This document shows positions 39,365 through 51,945 of a stretch of DNA of 64,000 nt, in pieces. The position numbers and the translations under genes are program-made. The notes beneath the pieces were generated by a model that was not told where the DNA came from, made no database searches, and saw only the letters and a program-made list of their open reading frames with translations. This DNA is from Octopus sinensis (Eukaryota). The stretch is taken from NCBI RefSeq assembly GCF_006345805.1, contig NC_042999.1, positions 51,646,001 through 51,710,000 on the forward strand, given 5' to 3'. Position 1 is the stretch's first letter. Each line of letters begins with the position of its first letter.

Positions 39365-40184
39365 TGCTAGGAAAAGTGAAAGCAAGAGAAATAATATTCT
39401 TAAGATTATAAACATGAAAAAGCACAGGACAAGTTATTACGTTTGGTAAAGTATAGAGCAAGAACATTTTTACTTAAAATATTGCAGCTAGAGATAAAAT
39501 TTCAAATAAAATATTTAGATTTAGAAAATATTACCTTTTATTAAAACTAAAAATTTTATTACAAGCTATTACCTCTATTTGTTATTACTTGTTACTTCTA
39601 TTAAAAATTAAAAATAACTCAAAATATTTGTTGCACTTTAAAATTCATTTTTTAAAATTATTAATTAATAATTAGAAATTTGAAAATAAGTTTAAAAAAA
39701 AATAATACATAATTAGTTAATACAATAGATAGAATACAAAAATTAGTTACATATTACAGTAAAATCTACCTATAACAACAAATTCACAGTAAAATTTGCT
39801 TGAGTTATTGCCTAAGTTATTGCTAAGTCTTCACATTTTTAGTCATAATGAATTTGCCTACCATATATACTATTATGCTTTGCATAAAACTATAGCTATA
39901 TTGATATTTCTAGCTCTCATTTTTAAGGTATTTTAGTGCGTCAATATTTTAACAAAATGATGGTACCTTTTGAACTATAATGTTACTTTGTAAATTAAAA
40001 TCAAATAATCTTTTATATTCAAATTTTATCCTTCGCTGCAATATTTTAAGTAAAAATGTTCTTGTTCTGTGCTTTACCAGATGCAATCACTTGTCCTGAA
40101 CTTTTCCAAGTGTAATAACTTGTCCTGTACTTTTCCTATACAATTCTTAAGAATATTTCTCTTGCTCGTATTTTTCCATGTAAT
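39363..40184. mobile_element. ~820-bp AT-rich TIR element with ~150-bp arms and subterminal ~24-bp repeats
   Basis: 39363-39520 is reverse-complementary to about 40005-40184 (gcaagagaaat..attcttaaga..caggacaagttattac..caagaacatttttacttaaaatattgcagc); abuts (TA)n. Confidence 0.8.
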
Positions 40185-41431
40185 CCATATTTTTTCCAGG
40201 CTGTGCTATTATACTTATTAATAACGGGACTGTGTTTACATGATATAATTGCATTAATTAATACAAATGACGTAATTAAACTAATTGCATATTAGCTGTG
40301 TCGTTGATAATTTTTCCATACGTCAATGATGCCGGTGACATATATTAAAAATCCCCTTATAGAACTATATTCATAAAAACGTATAGAACTATATTATCAC
40401 TCACAAATTTGAGAAAAAACCTTTAAGTTATTTTATTTTAAAATTTCATTGCACAATATTGATACCATGAAATTATTCGAATTAACCCCTATCATTTAAG
40501 CTTAATTAAAATATAGTTTGCTTTTAAAATAAATAAGTTAATTATACTTAAATCCAATTTTTGGCCTTATCTATAATGTTTTCGTGATATTTTACCTTAC
40601 AACTATTTTGATACAAATTTTTGTTGCATGGGATCAAAACTATGCAACTCCTTATGCTTTCTACTATCATTGAAGCTAAGATAAATATATTTTGCTTTTA
40701 AAATTAAAGAAAAACAAGTTATTTAGATCTTCACTTGACTGGAGGTGTTACTTACTCTCCTATAACATTCCAACAAATTTTGATGTAAACTTTTTCTACA
40801 GGACCAAATATCAACTTTTTACGTTAAAATGTAGCCAGAAACCAGTCCTCTTTAAAAATGTTAACAGGTTTCAATTTGGTTAAGAACTGAATTAGCGACA
40901 AAGCTCTGAAGGTGTGAGTAAATTGCGGCATTAAGAATATTATTCAACTACTACTGTATTTGAATGATATAACTTTGATAACTTTTATAGGTTCGTCTGG
41001 TATGTTGATCTTTTGTTCATTTTTAATGTATCTTGAATTATGCTTGCACTGAAGATTAAAAAGTGGATTTTGTGCACTAATTATGAAATCATATGATATG
41101 CAGCTGAATTCTGTTTTTAAAATGCTCGCTTCGAGAGTTGCATTCCCTCGTATTCGGTACAATGTGTTTATTTATTTTGGTAGTTTTGACTTTAAGAGTC
41201 CCTCCTAGCGTGTGGCATTTATGTATAGTAATGCCCTTAATATAAATAAATATATTTAATAGAAAAATTGATGGATTTTTCCCTTATGAGGTTTTTCACG
41301 CTAACTACTTGATAAATTCTTATAAAGATTTTATCCTATTTTTCTATTATATATATATATATGTTAAATAAAATGAGACAACAAAGCCAAGGCTGTGTGG
41401 AATTTTCAGGATATTTATAAAGAGAAAATTT

Positions 41432-41478
41432 GTCTTACAGCTGTTTCTGGGATATTAGGGATATCCCGTCATGAGAGT
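41432..41478 (-). ncRNA. Degenerate type I hammerhead of a separate repeat family
   Basis: Minus strand: CUCAUGA (G5 changed to C), stem II GGGAUA-UCCCUAA-UAUCCC, GAAAC-AGCU-GUA (palindromic ACAGCUGU); stem I eroded. Confidence 0.55.
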
Positions 41479-41729
41479 TAAATAGAAGGAAATATTAGAG
41501 TTCAATATAAAGAGTTATTTTGGAAAAGGATGGAAATAAGAAGTATGAAGGGAAATAAGAGAATAAAAATAAAAATATATGTTGGACGTTATAGTTACAG
41601 TTCCATTATCCAAGGAAAGTGGTATGTAGAAATGGTAGAAATGCTTATTGTCCATGGTATGTAAATTCCGATAGAAGTTCAAATTTTGTTATTACAAATG
41701 GAATGTGGAGACGTAGATTCTATGTGCTG

Positions 41730-41940
41730 GTCATTGAAAAGTGTCTTGTGGTGTGAATTCAACACAATGCTTCGCAGCATTTTTCTGGTTCTTTTGCCTT
41801 CTAAGTTCAAATCCAGTGAAAGACCATTTAAAAAAAAGTCGATAAAATAGAGTAGCAGTCATATACTGTGGTCGATGCAATCAATCATCTAGCCTCGCCC
41901 CTCAAACTTACTGGACTTGTACCTAAATTAGAAACAGTTT
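41730..41940 (+). mobile_element. Old, diverged relative of SINE family C
   Basis: aagttcaaatcc..gtcgataaaata.agta.cagt..actgtggtcgatgcaatc. Confidence 0.5.
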
Positions 41941-42090
41941 ATGGCCAAATCCCAGAAGTTGTGAAGTAGACTTTATTCATCACCAGGTTTAACGCCAGCA
42001 CATAGTCCACATGGGATTTAGCAGAGTCCGCCCCATTGCAAACATTTGGGGCAGTTTTTGGTTTAAGGGTAACTATTTTCATTCCTCCAA

Positions 42091-42322
42091 AAGGCGGCGC
42101 GCTGACAGAGATGTTAGCGCGCCGGGCGAAATGCTCAGCGGTATTTCGTCTGCCGTTACGTTGTGAGTTCAAATTCCGCCGAGGTCGACTTTGCCTTTCA
42201 TCCTTTCGGAGTCGATAAATTAAGTACCAGTTACGCACTGGGGTCGACGTAATCGACTTAATACCTATGTATGTCCTTGTTTGTCCCCTCTATGTTTAAC
42301 CCCTTGTGGGTAATAAAAAATA
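42091..42322 (+). mobile_element. SINE family C, full length, with 20-bp TSD
   Basis: TSD ggtaactattttcattcctc at 42068-42087 and 42323-42342; B box gagttcaaattcc. Confidence 0.95.
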
Positions 42323-42559
42323 GGTAACTATTTTCATTCCTCTCAGTACTTTCGGGGACCGTTAAGAATGAAGGATAATGGGTAATGGCATTCGGCCAGT
42401 AACTTTGATACTTAATGTGAATGTCATTTGAAAGTCAAGTGATGGTCACCTGGAAGTCTCCTGAAGATCAATGTCCGCTGAGTATGTAACAGGCGGTTTG
42501 ATCCGAATTCTTATAATAGAAGAATGAAGACAAAGGATTTGTTATTAGTATTTACTTCC

Positions 42560-42900
42560 AGGTCAGCTTCGACAGGTCAATGGAGTAATGAACAGAGTCC
42601 AACAGAGATCAGGAGAAATTAATGGCGAGCAAATGTCACACCAGCCTTGATCGTACAGTCCTTCTTCTGGAATAGTGTACTGTGGACTACATTATACTCT
42701 GTATCCTTTTCTAAGACAATAGGGTGTTGTTTGAGGGTGGCATGGCTGCTAATTCTAGCAGATTGAGTGACTGTGTAGAGGTTTGTTTATTGGCTGGAAT
42801 CGGTGCTGATGTAAGTCAAAGAGGAGTGTTAACTGAAAGGTTAAAGCTAGTTCTATATTTACCCCCAACTCACTTCTCATTTTTCTGGGCATCGCTTGAA
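42560..42900 (-). mobile_element. Old interspersed repeat family E
   Basis: Reverse complement atctgctagaattagcagcca..ataatgtagtcc is shared with the copies near 45230, 56940 and 60715. Confidence 0.55.
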
Positions 42901-45229
42901 CCTTTAATAGTTACTTGTGATAATTACTGATCGAGACGAACCTAATGTTAATTGGTTGTTAAGCATGATGGAAATCATCATCACGTGACTGATAAAATAT
43001 TATTGAAGTGTGGTGGTGGTTTTTGCTTGTAGGAATCCTATTGATTGTATGTTTTGCCGCGAATACAAAGAAAAGAACTATATTTGAAGAGGTTACTTAT
43101 GCAATATAACTGCAACCATTTCATAGCTTTCCTGTATTATTAATTTGATTATAGCTAAAATATTGAAATCTTCAAAGCGTTATATATATATATCTACAAA
43201 CAAATAAATTTAATTTCTGCTCTAACTATCGTACAACGTAAAGCATTCCAATTGCACTGAAGTACACAATCTATTTATCTATTTGATAGGTCAGATAATG
43301 AAATAGCGTTTTCTTACTGTATTACTGGGGTCAAGAGCTGCTTCAGTGAAATAACCCCTATTATGGGGGAGGAATGGAACTGTTCAAAACTTCTTCTTAT
43401 TGATGTTTGACTATTTTGTTTGATATTAAGACGGCAAACATATTTAATAATGTTATCGCAAATAGAACTATTTTAACATTTGGATCTCTATGTACAGAGC
43501 AGGGTCTGAAAGTATTGATTTATCAAATAGGAGCAACTGGACCTCAGATTAATGGGAGACGAAGCATTGATTGTGTGACGTCATCAAAATGGTTATCTCT
43601 ACTGCGATCACCATGGTGTCATTGCACACACACACACAGATATATAAGTCGATACACACACATATACACCGATGGAAGAGAAAACAGGGAGATAGAGTGA
43701 GAGATTAGAATGGGTGAGAGGGGGATAGAAAGGAGAGGCAAATATAGAAGAGGGAAAATAGTGACAAGTGTGGGAGAGGAGAAAGAGAGAGAGGAAAGAA
43801 ACAGGAAGAGAGAGAGAGAGAGCTATTAGTAATGCTGATAGACGATTTAAGCACCAGTTAGATGAGGATTGAGATGGATTTGGAAGGTCGACAGATCGTT
43901 TCTTGTCTCAGACTGGTGGAGCCGGTACAGATTTAACTTTCAATGGTAGAATGGAACTAACCCAATCAGGAGACACGAATGTCAGGGAGCACGATTTTTT
44001 TTTCTCTAAAACTTAGTGTTTGAAGCACAGTTCGTTTAGTTGTTCCGAAAATTATGTCATTGCTAAGAATTTAAAGATTTATTTACATCTAATTGATCTT
44101 ATTTTAAAAGCAAGACTACATAGAGTTTAAAACCGCTTTCATTAGAATCAAATTCCAATGAGTACCAAATTCTTGTGATGTACCAATTCTATACGAGTGT
44201 GATAGGATAGGATTTCTGATGAAAAATAAATACAAAATCTATAGAGAAACATTGATTTATGAAAGACTATTTTATGAAACGGCTTCGACTAATGGACAAG
44301 TTAAGATCTTGGTGCCATTTTAAAAACTGTGTATAGAGCTCTAAGAATGAAAGAGGAGAGGGAAACCATCACAATTTAGTCACTGTTCTCTTAGATTAAT
44401 GCTGAGGCAACTATGTCAAAAGATGGAACAGTGATCTAATCGCTGAAACACATTATATTTGACGTCATATAACAAGCTCCGGTTTTTTTCTCTCAAACTT
44501 TACATAGATATCATCCGATATCTCTCTTCTTTGGAAATGTCATTATAAATCATCCCAATTTGGGTAATCTGTTGCTGCAAGATATTTCACTCTGTTTATC
44601 TTGTACACAATTCGTTCAGAACAAAACAAAATTAGAAGGAAAACATATATCCGTTTGCAGTTTGTAATAATAAATTGAACATTTAGTCGGATTTATTCTG
44701 GTCAGCATATCATTTCATATATTTATTGATTTAGCTAACAATGTTTTCTCTCCTCTGCAGGAATTGTCTAGTTGTTGTTGTCAATAACCATTCTATCCCA
44801 GTGTTATGGGCGAATACAATGGAAACACACAACACAAACATGGTTTTAAGTCGAAATCTATGAATAAGTGTCGTTCACAACCAACAACAGTTGCATTCAT
44901 CAGTTGAAAAAGAATGAAATATTGTTTAAACTGACAGAATCTCCTCTATTGTTAAAAACGAACATATTAATTTCCTCATGTAGAAGAGATTCAGGAAAAC
45001 ACTGATTAACTAGTGTTTTATTCTAAAGAATTGATTTTGAACGGATTAAAACGAATTAGTGTTTAGGGTCGGCCAGCAATTGGTTGCAGTCCTCTGTTTT
45101 TATTTGAAGAATATTGTGAAAATATTGTTAAAGTATTGTATTTTAAATATGTTTCGCAGGAAAACAGTGGCTAAGACCACCGGTAAAAATAGTCTTACAA
45201 TGTTCAATCCCAAAGAAAACCCGCTAGGC

Positions 45230-45420
45230 ATTCAATAGATCTGCTAGAAATAGCAGTAAAATCTTCCACAAATCCGAGTTCATCGCCTTTACGAAAGAAA
45301 ATACATTAAACAATATAATTTTTAATGTAAAAACGCAAGCAAAGAAACAAATAATCAATAGAAATAAAACGGGATGTTCACATCTAGAGCGTTTTTAGTC
45401 ATATACCATGTTTAGTCGAT
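45230..45420 (+). mobile_element. Repeat family E fragment
   Basis: gatctgctagaaatagcagtaaaat..aaaacgggatgttca. Confidence 0.5.
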
Positions 45421-45447
45421 CACATCCGATCACATCTATTTGTCTAA

Positions 45448-45449
45448 TA

Positions 45450-45539
<90 letters not shown>

Positions 45540-45581
45540 CTTCTATCTATCTATCTATCCTTCTATCTATCTATCTATCCT

Positions 45582-45659
<78 letters not shown>

Positions 45660-45712
45660 CTTCTATCTATCTATCTTTTATCTATCTATCTATCTATCTT
45701 TCTATCTATCTA

Positions 45713-45785
<73 letters not shown>

Positions 45786-45800
45786 CTATCTACCCATCTA
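45448..45800. repeat. (TATC)n microsatellite (other large ones near 1865, 19345, 25655, 30335, 57975, 60248)
   Basis: Directly visible. Confidence 0.95.
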
Positions 45801-46060
45801 TCTATCTGCATGACATGTATCTGCAATCTAGATATGATCTTGAATCGTTCATATCTAGCGTGTATCTTTGGTTTTGTGACGTAGCGGTTGCAGCTGCAGA
45901 AATCCCTCCTCCACACCACATATTGTGAACCCTGATTAACCCTGGTGATGGTGGCGGTGTTGGTGACGAAGCAAGAAGGAACAAAGTGCATGAAGTGAAT
46001 TAAACTTATCGCCATGTAAAATGGCGAAATATTGAACGATGAAATGAAATCGTAACATAT

Positions 46061-46122
<62 letters not shown>

Positions 46123-49100
46123 ATGAGAGAGAGAGGGAGAATGAGAGAGAGAGAGTGAGAGAGAGTGAGAGAGAGTGAGAGAGATAGAGATACTACTTGT
46201 ACATTCACTGTTTTCTATATACATTTTGAGTTCGATATCGACTACAAATAACAAAATATGATGCAAATATCTTTGAAGAATTCTTTCCACTTATAATCAG
46301 TGCTCTTTTTTTCCTCAGCTCAAGTAGCATAAGTTCAGGTGACAATATCTCCTCACCTTCAAAATCAATTGCTGAAAATTTTAACCACAGTTTTTCTAGT
46401 ATTAAGGTCTTTAACATGGTCCAAACATAGTATTTTGTTGGAAGATTCCATAAGCAGTTTTCTTCTAAAGGTTATTACAAGACGGCTGACCTGACTAGCA
46501 AAAAAGTTCTGAGAGAATTTGATTACAAGAAGAATGTTCTGATTTGGAATTTCTAGGAAAGTAGTTTTTTCTCTTTAGCGAAACTCTGTGTGGCTCCTTA
46601 ATCATTGACTCTCCACAGTGCGGAGCTCAAACTCATCAGCTTTCTTGACAGTTTCACTACTTTTGGCTCAAGTCTTGACTCAAAATTGGTCACGAATATA
46701 TTGAACGAATTCGTTCCCGAACAGATTTGCCTTTGTTTTAAGAGGTGCAAGATTTCAATTGACTGTTACTGCCCATCATCATCACCTACAAGCCCAAGTT
46801 TCTGGTCAAACATTATCTCTGAAACAACAATTCAATATACTCGAAGTCGCATTCAGCACGTTGTAAAAAACTGAGAGGTGGTGTACATCATTTTAAAATC
46901 ATTGGCTGGAATTACAGGGGAAATCCTCCTTTGTAACAACCTTACAGAGGCTCTGCTCTGGCCCCAAAATAATAAATAAAGTCGATTATGTATGCTCAGT
47001 TTCGAAGCTTTTTGTATCAGACATAGGAAATACCAGTTGAAAGGTGTCTACAAAACGACGGTTGGAGACAAAGTACCTTATGAAACAAAACTATTGAAAG
47101 CACAACCGCAGTTTTAATATTAGGTTTTACAATTCGTAAATCAATTCTACAGCGTCACGCACATCACCCATTATCTTCAAGTCCTAAAAATAGAGGAAAA
47201 ATTAAGACTCTCTGCTCATTAATTTTAGCAAAAACTCGCACAACTTAGAAATTGGTTGGCTTAGCAAAGTTAAAAATTTGCAAGAAAAGAAAGAAAAAAA
47301 TCATTACTGTTTGGCTGTTGAGGACGTAACTTTGGTATGGGGGTTGAAAAGTTGTTACCATCTTGAAATACACCAAGGAAGCTACCCACCACCATACCAA
47401 CTCATTATCAATAAAAAAGAAAATTATCAACTAAAGGAAAAGATGCTCACTTGCACAGTGGTACCCTCTTTCTGTTTTGGTCCCTACTGAACGACAATCA
47501 CAGTTGAACAGATACCGATATCAGCATCTTATGTCCAGATTACAATGTCATTCATCCTAAGGCCCCACATCTCTTCCAGTGGATACTACTTCTACTGATG
47601 GAAGTATTTTGGACTCACGGGGCAGCCTCGGGAATTTGGCAGAATGGCTTCAACTAGAATCACATGGTAATCATCACAACAATGATAAGCACCACAACAA
47701 ATTAAGTACCAAATATATTCACGAGTTGATTCAATAAATTTTATCCTCATCTCTTTTACGAGATATCATTATCTTCGGAATAAATCAGGTATGAGATATC
47801 CCTTTTAAGTACCGCTACGTGGGTCGTCTAGTGCAAGGTATGGTGGCAAACCCTTGGCTTCGGGATAATTCCCTCCAGCAGAAGATGCCCATTTCATTGA
47901 ACGTCTCCTATCGATCACTGAAATTCTAAGCCAAGGGTACTACTTCTCCTTCAAGAAGTTCAGTTGGAACAAAGATTTGGAGATTTCGTGAATGATTCTT
48001 TATTTAGATATTTCGGTTTGTGTGAATGTGTCGAACATGTAAAGGATCAAACATTGACGTTTGTCAGGTATTAATGTCTACTGTAAACATGTGAGACAAC
48101 GTAATAATAGGGGAAGGTAGAGCAGGAAGAGATGAACGGGGCTATCAATGGAGAGTGTATATACATGGGGGACAGTGCTGTATATATGTGTGTTGAAGTG
48201 TATGTGCATCTGTGAGTATTTATGTGTATGTGTGTGTTCAAATATGTTCGAAATTGTCGCTGCTCAAAACTATAAAGAAAAGTCTCAATTTCACAACATC
48301 CCATTCGTTATCATTATTTAACATTTTAGATCAACTTCTCAAACCGGAAGTTATGCAATATCAACAATAATCTCGCTGGTTAGGTCGCGTTCATTTGATG
48401 TTAGATCTGTGACACAAAACATTCATTTTATACAAAATACATTAACGCTTATTAAAACAGGCAATCTCCCCCCTCTCTCCCTATGATCCCAAAGCAATGT
48501 AAGCAAAATATTTTGCTGAAGAACTTAACGCACCGCTCGATCCAGGAATAGATGTGTCCAACACGAACATTTGGTAACTAGAAGCAAATCATCGATACAG
48601 GTTGTTCAGCAAGAAATTACGGAATCGCCCTCCTCGGCCTCGAGAAGCTACCAACAATACTTACATATTTACATACATGCATACCTACCTACCTACCAAC
48701 CAACCTACCTACCTACCTACCTACCTACCTACATAATACATACATACATACCTACCGACCGACCGACCGTCCAACCGACTGACCTACCTACCTACCTACC
48801 TACTTACTTACTTACTTACCTACCTATCAACCTACCTACCTACCTACCTACCTACCTACCTACCTACCTACCTACCTACCTACCTACCTACCTACCTGCC
48901 TGCCTACCTACCTACCTACCTACCTACCTACCTACCTACCTACATACTTACCTACCTACCTACCTACCTACTTACTTACCTACCTACATACCTACCTACC
49001 TACCTACCTACCTACCTACTTACTTACCTACTTACATAACAACCTACCTACATACATACATACCTACATACATTCACGCATACATACATACATACATACA

Positions 49101-49303
49101 TCATACATACATACATACACGCGTGTATATAAGAAAAAATGGATTTAAAAAATCGTGGTGAATACTTTATAAACAGTCTGTAGGAACAAACTTGAGGATC
49201 TAAACTATCCCAATGGAAGCTATATGTAATCCACATTGGCTGTAAAATTACTTTCCGCTTCCTGTCCAGCTTGTAAATCCAAAGTTCAAACTGTGAATAG
49301 ATT

Positions 49304-49660
49304 CAGTATAAAGTCACAGAGTATAGAAGAAAATCGCAAAAGAATGGAGAATTATACATTATTTAATTCGCTTACATGCGTTTCGGATAGAATGGCATTT
49401 CAAAATTCTCTCATGCAGAAATCATGCATATTAACCAATCCCATATTTGATTGACTAAGTTTCTATAAAGACAGGGAAATTTAATACCGTGCTTTCCTTA
49501 AGAATCTTAGTCGATCAAATATGGGACCGGTTAATATGCATGATTTCTGCATCACAGAATTTTGAAACGCCACGCCATCCGAAATGCGTGTGAACGAATC
49601 AAAGACTGAACAATCCTCCATTGTTTGTGTTTTTCTTCAATATTCTGTGAATTTATTCTG
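49304..49660. mobile_element. ~357-bp palindromic MITE with CAG termini
   Basis: Arms of about 155 bp; the innermost 46 bp (tgcagaaatcatgcatattaacc..tcccatatttgat.gactaag) differ at 3 positions; termini cagtataaag and atttattctg. Confidence 0.85.
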
Positions 49661-49720
<60 letters not shown>

Positions 49721-50264
49721 GAGAAATACACTCACACACACACACAGAAATACACTCACACACACACACACACGCACTTTCTGTAAAAGGTAAGCATGTA
49801 TATTAAGCTTCAAACAAAATACTTATAAAACCCCATATGACATTATAATACACGTACGTACAAACACACACACACACACACACTCATACATACAAATACA
49901 CATCCCATATAAATACATTATGCATAAATCATTTTATTCTCACATACAAAAAAAAAATAAACTCATTTCTATATCTCTCTATGTTATTGACGACAACAGT
50001 TCTACGAAATTGTCACATTTCTTTATTAAAAATTCTTCAGAATTTCTTCCACTTGAATCGTGCATTAAATTTATAAGTTGATTTTACTGACACAATAGAT
50101 GTTGTTTTAATAAAAAGAAAATACCATTTAATCTTGTTAAACATTTTTCATTTCATAAACATTATCGACAACCTGTTGGAAAGAGCTTTTCTAAAAAGTT
50201 AACGTTGAAGAATCAATCAATGGAATATGTGCTTGAACTGGCGGTAAAAGGTGGAGGGGTAGAA

Positions 50265-50297
<33 letters not shown>

Positions 50298-51170
50298 TGT
50301 GCGTGCGTGTGCTTGGACAAGCAATGTTGACAGATCGTTCATGTTATAGGATTGAAGTAAAGGAGCATCGACAGAAGAAGCCGATAATTGAAAAATCGAT
50401 CTGTAGACAGGTATTTCAACATCCTTCAGTTTGATTACAATCTCTTAAGGTATAGACTAATATTTCAGGAAATGTTTTAAGACAATCGAGTTAAGAAACT
50501 AAACCAAAATAAACCAAAGAATAATTAACGTAGAACTTTTGTAAAAAAATGAATATTGCAGTGAAAAGAGCTAATCTTTATAAAACGGCCTCTAAAACAA
50601 TATATAGATTCTATAGATACTCTCTAAAGCCATGCATTTTAGTATAACCAGTGTACAAGCATTGTGGCACCAGGTATTAAGAAATAGGAAGAGTTAAATT
50701 GGACAATGGTAGAGACGAAAGATTTGAAAAGAAAAGTTCAGTAGTTTTGGTTCGAAAAGAGAATGAAAAATAATCGGTTAATAAAAGGCATATAAACGAA
50801 GACCAGCGGGACCCGTGAATATTTCACGGAATTAATGGTAAACCTATTAGGTTATTTCTGAAAACCTTATCCAAAAAATCCCCTCTCTCCCTCCTGTGCA
50901 CCATATCCTCTTTTTCTCTCTTCTTTTTCTTTCTCCTCTGTTTCCCGAACTAATCATGTGAAAGTGTTACAACTACATTCCCTCTACCTCACGTCATGGA
51001 CGCGTCTCTCTTCCTCTTTTTCTCCATCCAACTTTTTCTCTCCCCTCTTTATATTTCTCCTTCTTTTTATCTAATCATGTTAAAGCGTTACCAACGGGCT
51101 AAGTAACACAATGACAAGCAGAATTATTTATAAGATTTGGAGAGAAGCTAGAGAGAGGAATGAAGCAAGA

Positions 51171-51227
<57 letters not shown>

Positions 51228-51419
51228 TGTAACAATAACAATGGGACAAAATACGAGTTTAAATAATTGTCAATGCTTGTCAATATAGAAGGTTGTAAAA
51301 TGACGATGATGATGATAATGATGATGGTGGTGGTAATTGTCGATAAACAAAAGATTAGAGAAAGAATACCTTAAAATAAGACTGGCGACTGTGTGATAAA
51401 GCAAACTTTGAGAGAGCCG

Positions 51420-51945
51420 AGCCATAGTAGGAGCAGCAGCCAAAGAGGGTATTGGAAAATGAACATTATAAAATCGCTCGGGATCTTAATATACAATGTG
51501 ACCAGATGAAAGAGCCGAGACGACCAGAGACTGTGTTCATCGATAAAGATGAGGGGAAGAGGTTCAGATCATGGATGTTGTGATACCAGGTGATTCGAAG
51601 TTAAAAGATAAAGATCAAGAAAAGATGGAGAAATGCCAGCAAATGAGGGGTGTGATAGGAAGGCTTTGGGGTACGAAGAAAATGATTGTGATATCGGTAG
51701 TAACCGAAACATTAGGAGTGGCCTCTAAGGGGTTCGGAAAGATCATGGAGAATATTGGAATTACAATCAGGCCTGAAGTGATCCAGAAAACAGCTTTGTT
51801 GGGTACATCTCGTATTCTATGAAAAGTCTTGCCTCTCTGAGACGCAGGAGAAGACTCTTGCTTAAAACTTTTGGGAATTTGCTATTACCTGCTTTCAAGG
51901 AAAGAAAAATCAGGAATTAAGATTTAATCGAGTGCCAGAGGATAA
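51420..51945 (+). mobile_element. Dong/R4-clade LINE 3' end (RLE domain)
   Basis: VLENEHYKIARDLNIQCD..RRPE..MDVVIPGDSKLKDKDQEKMEK..RLWG..VISVVTETLG..IQKTALLGTSRIL, followed by a (GAT)n tail. Confidence 0.88.

Noticed and set aside
46205-46874. Coding or transposase remnant
   Set aside because: Protein-like stretches but no identifiable motif in any frame.
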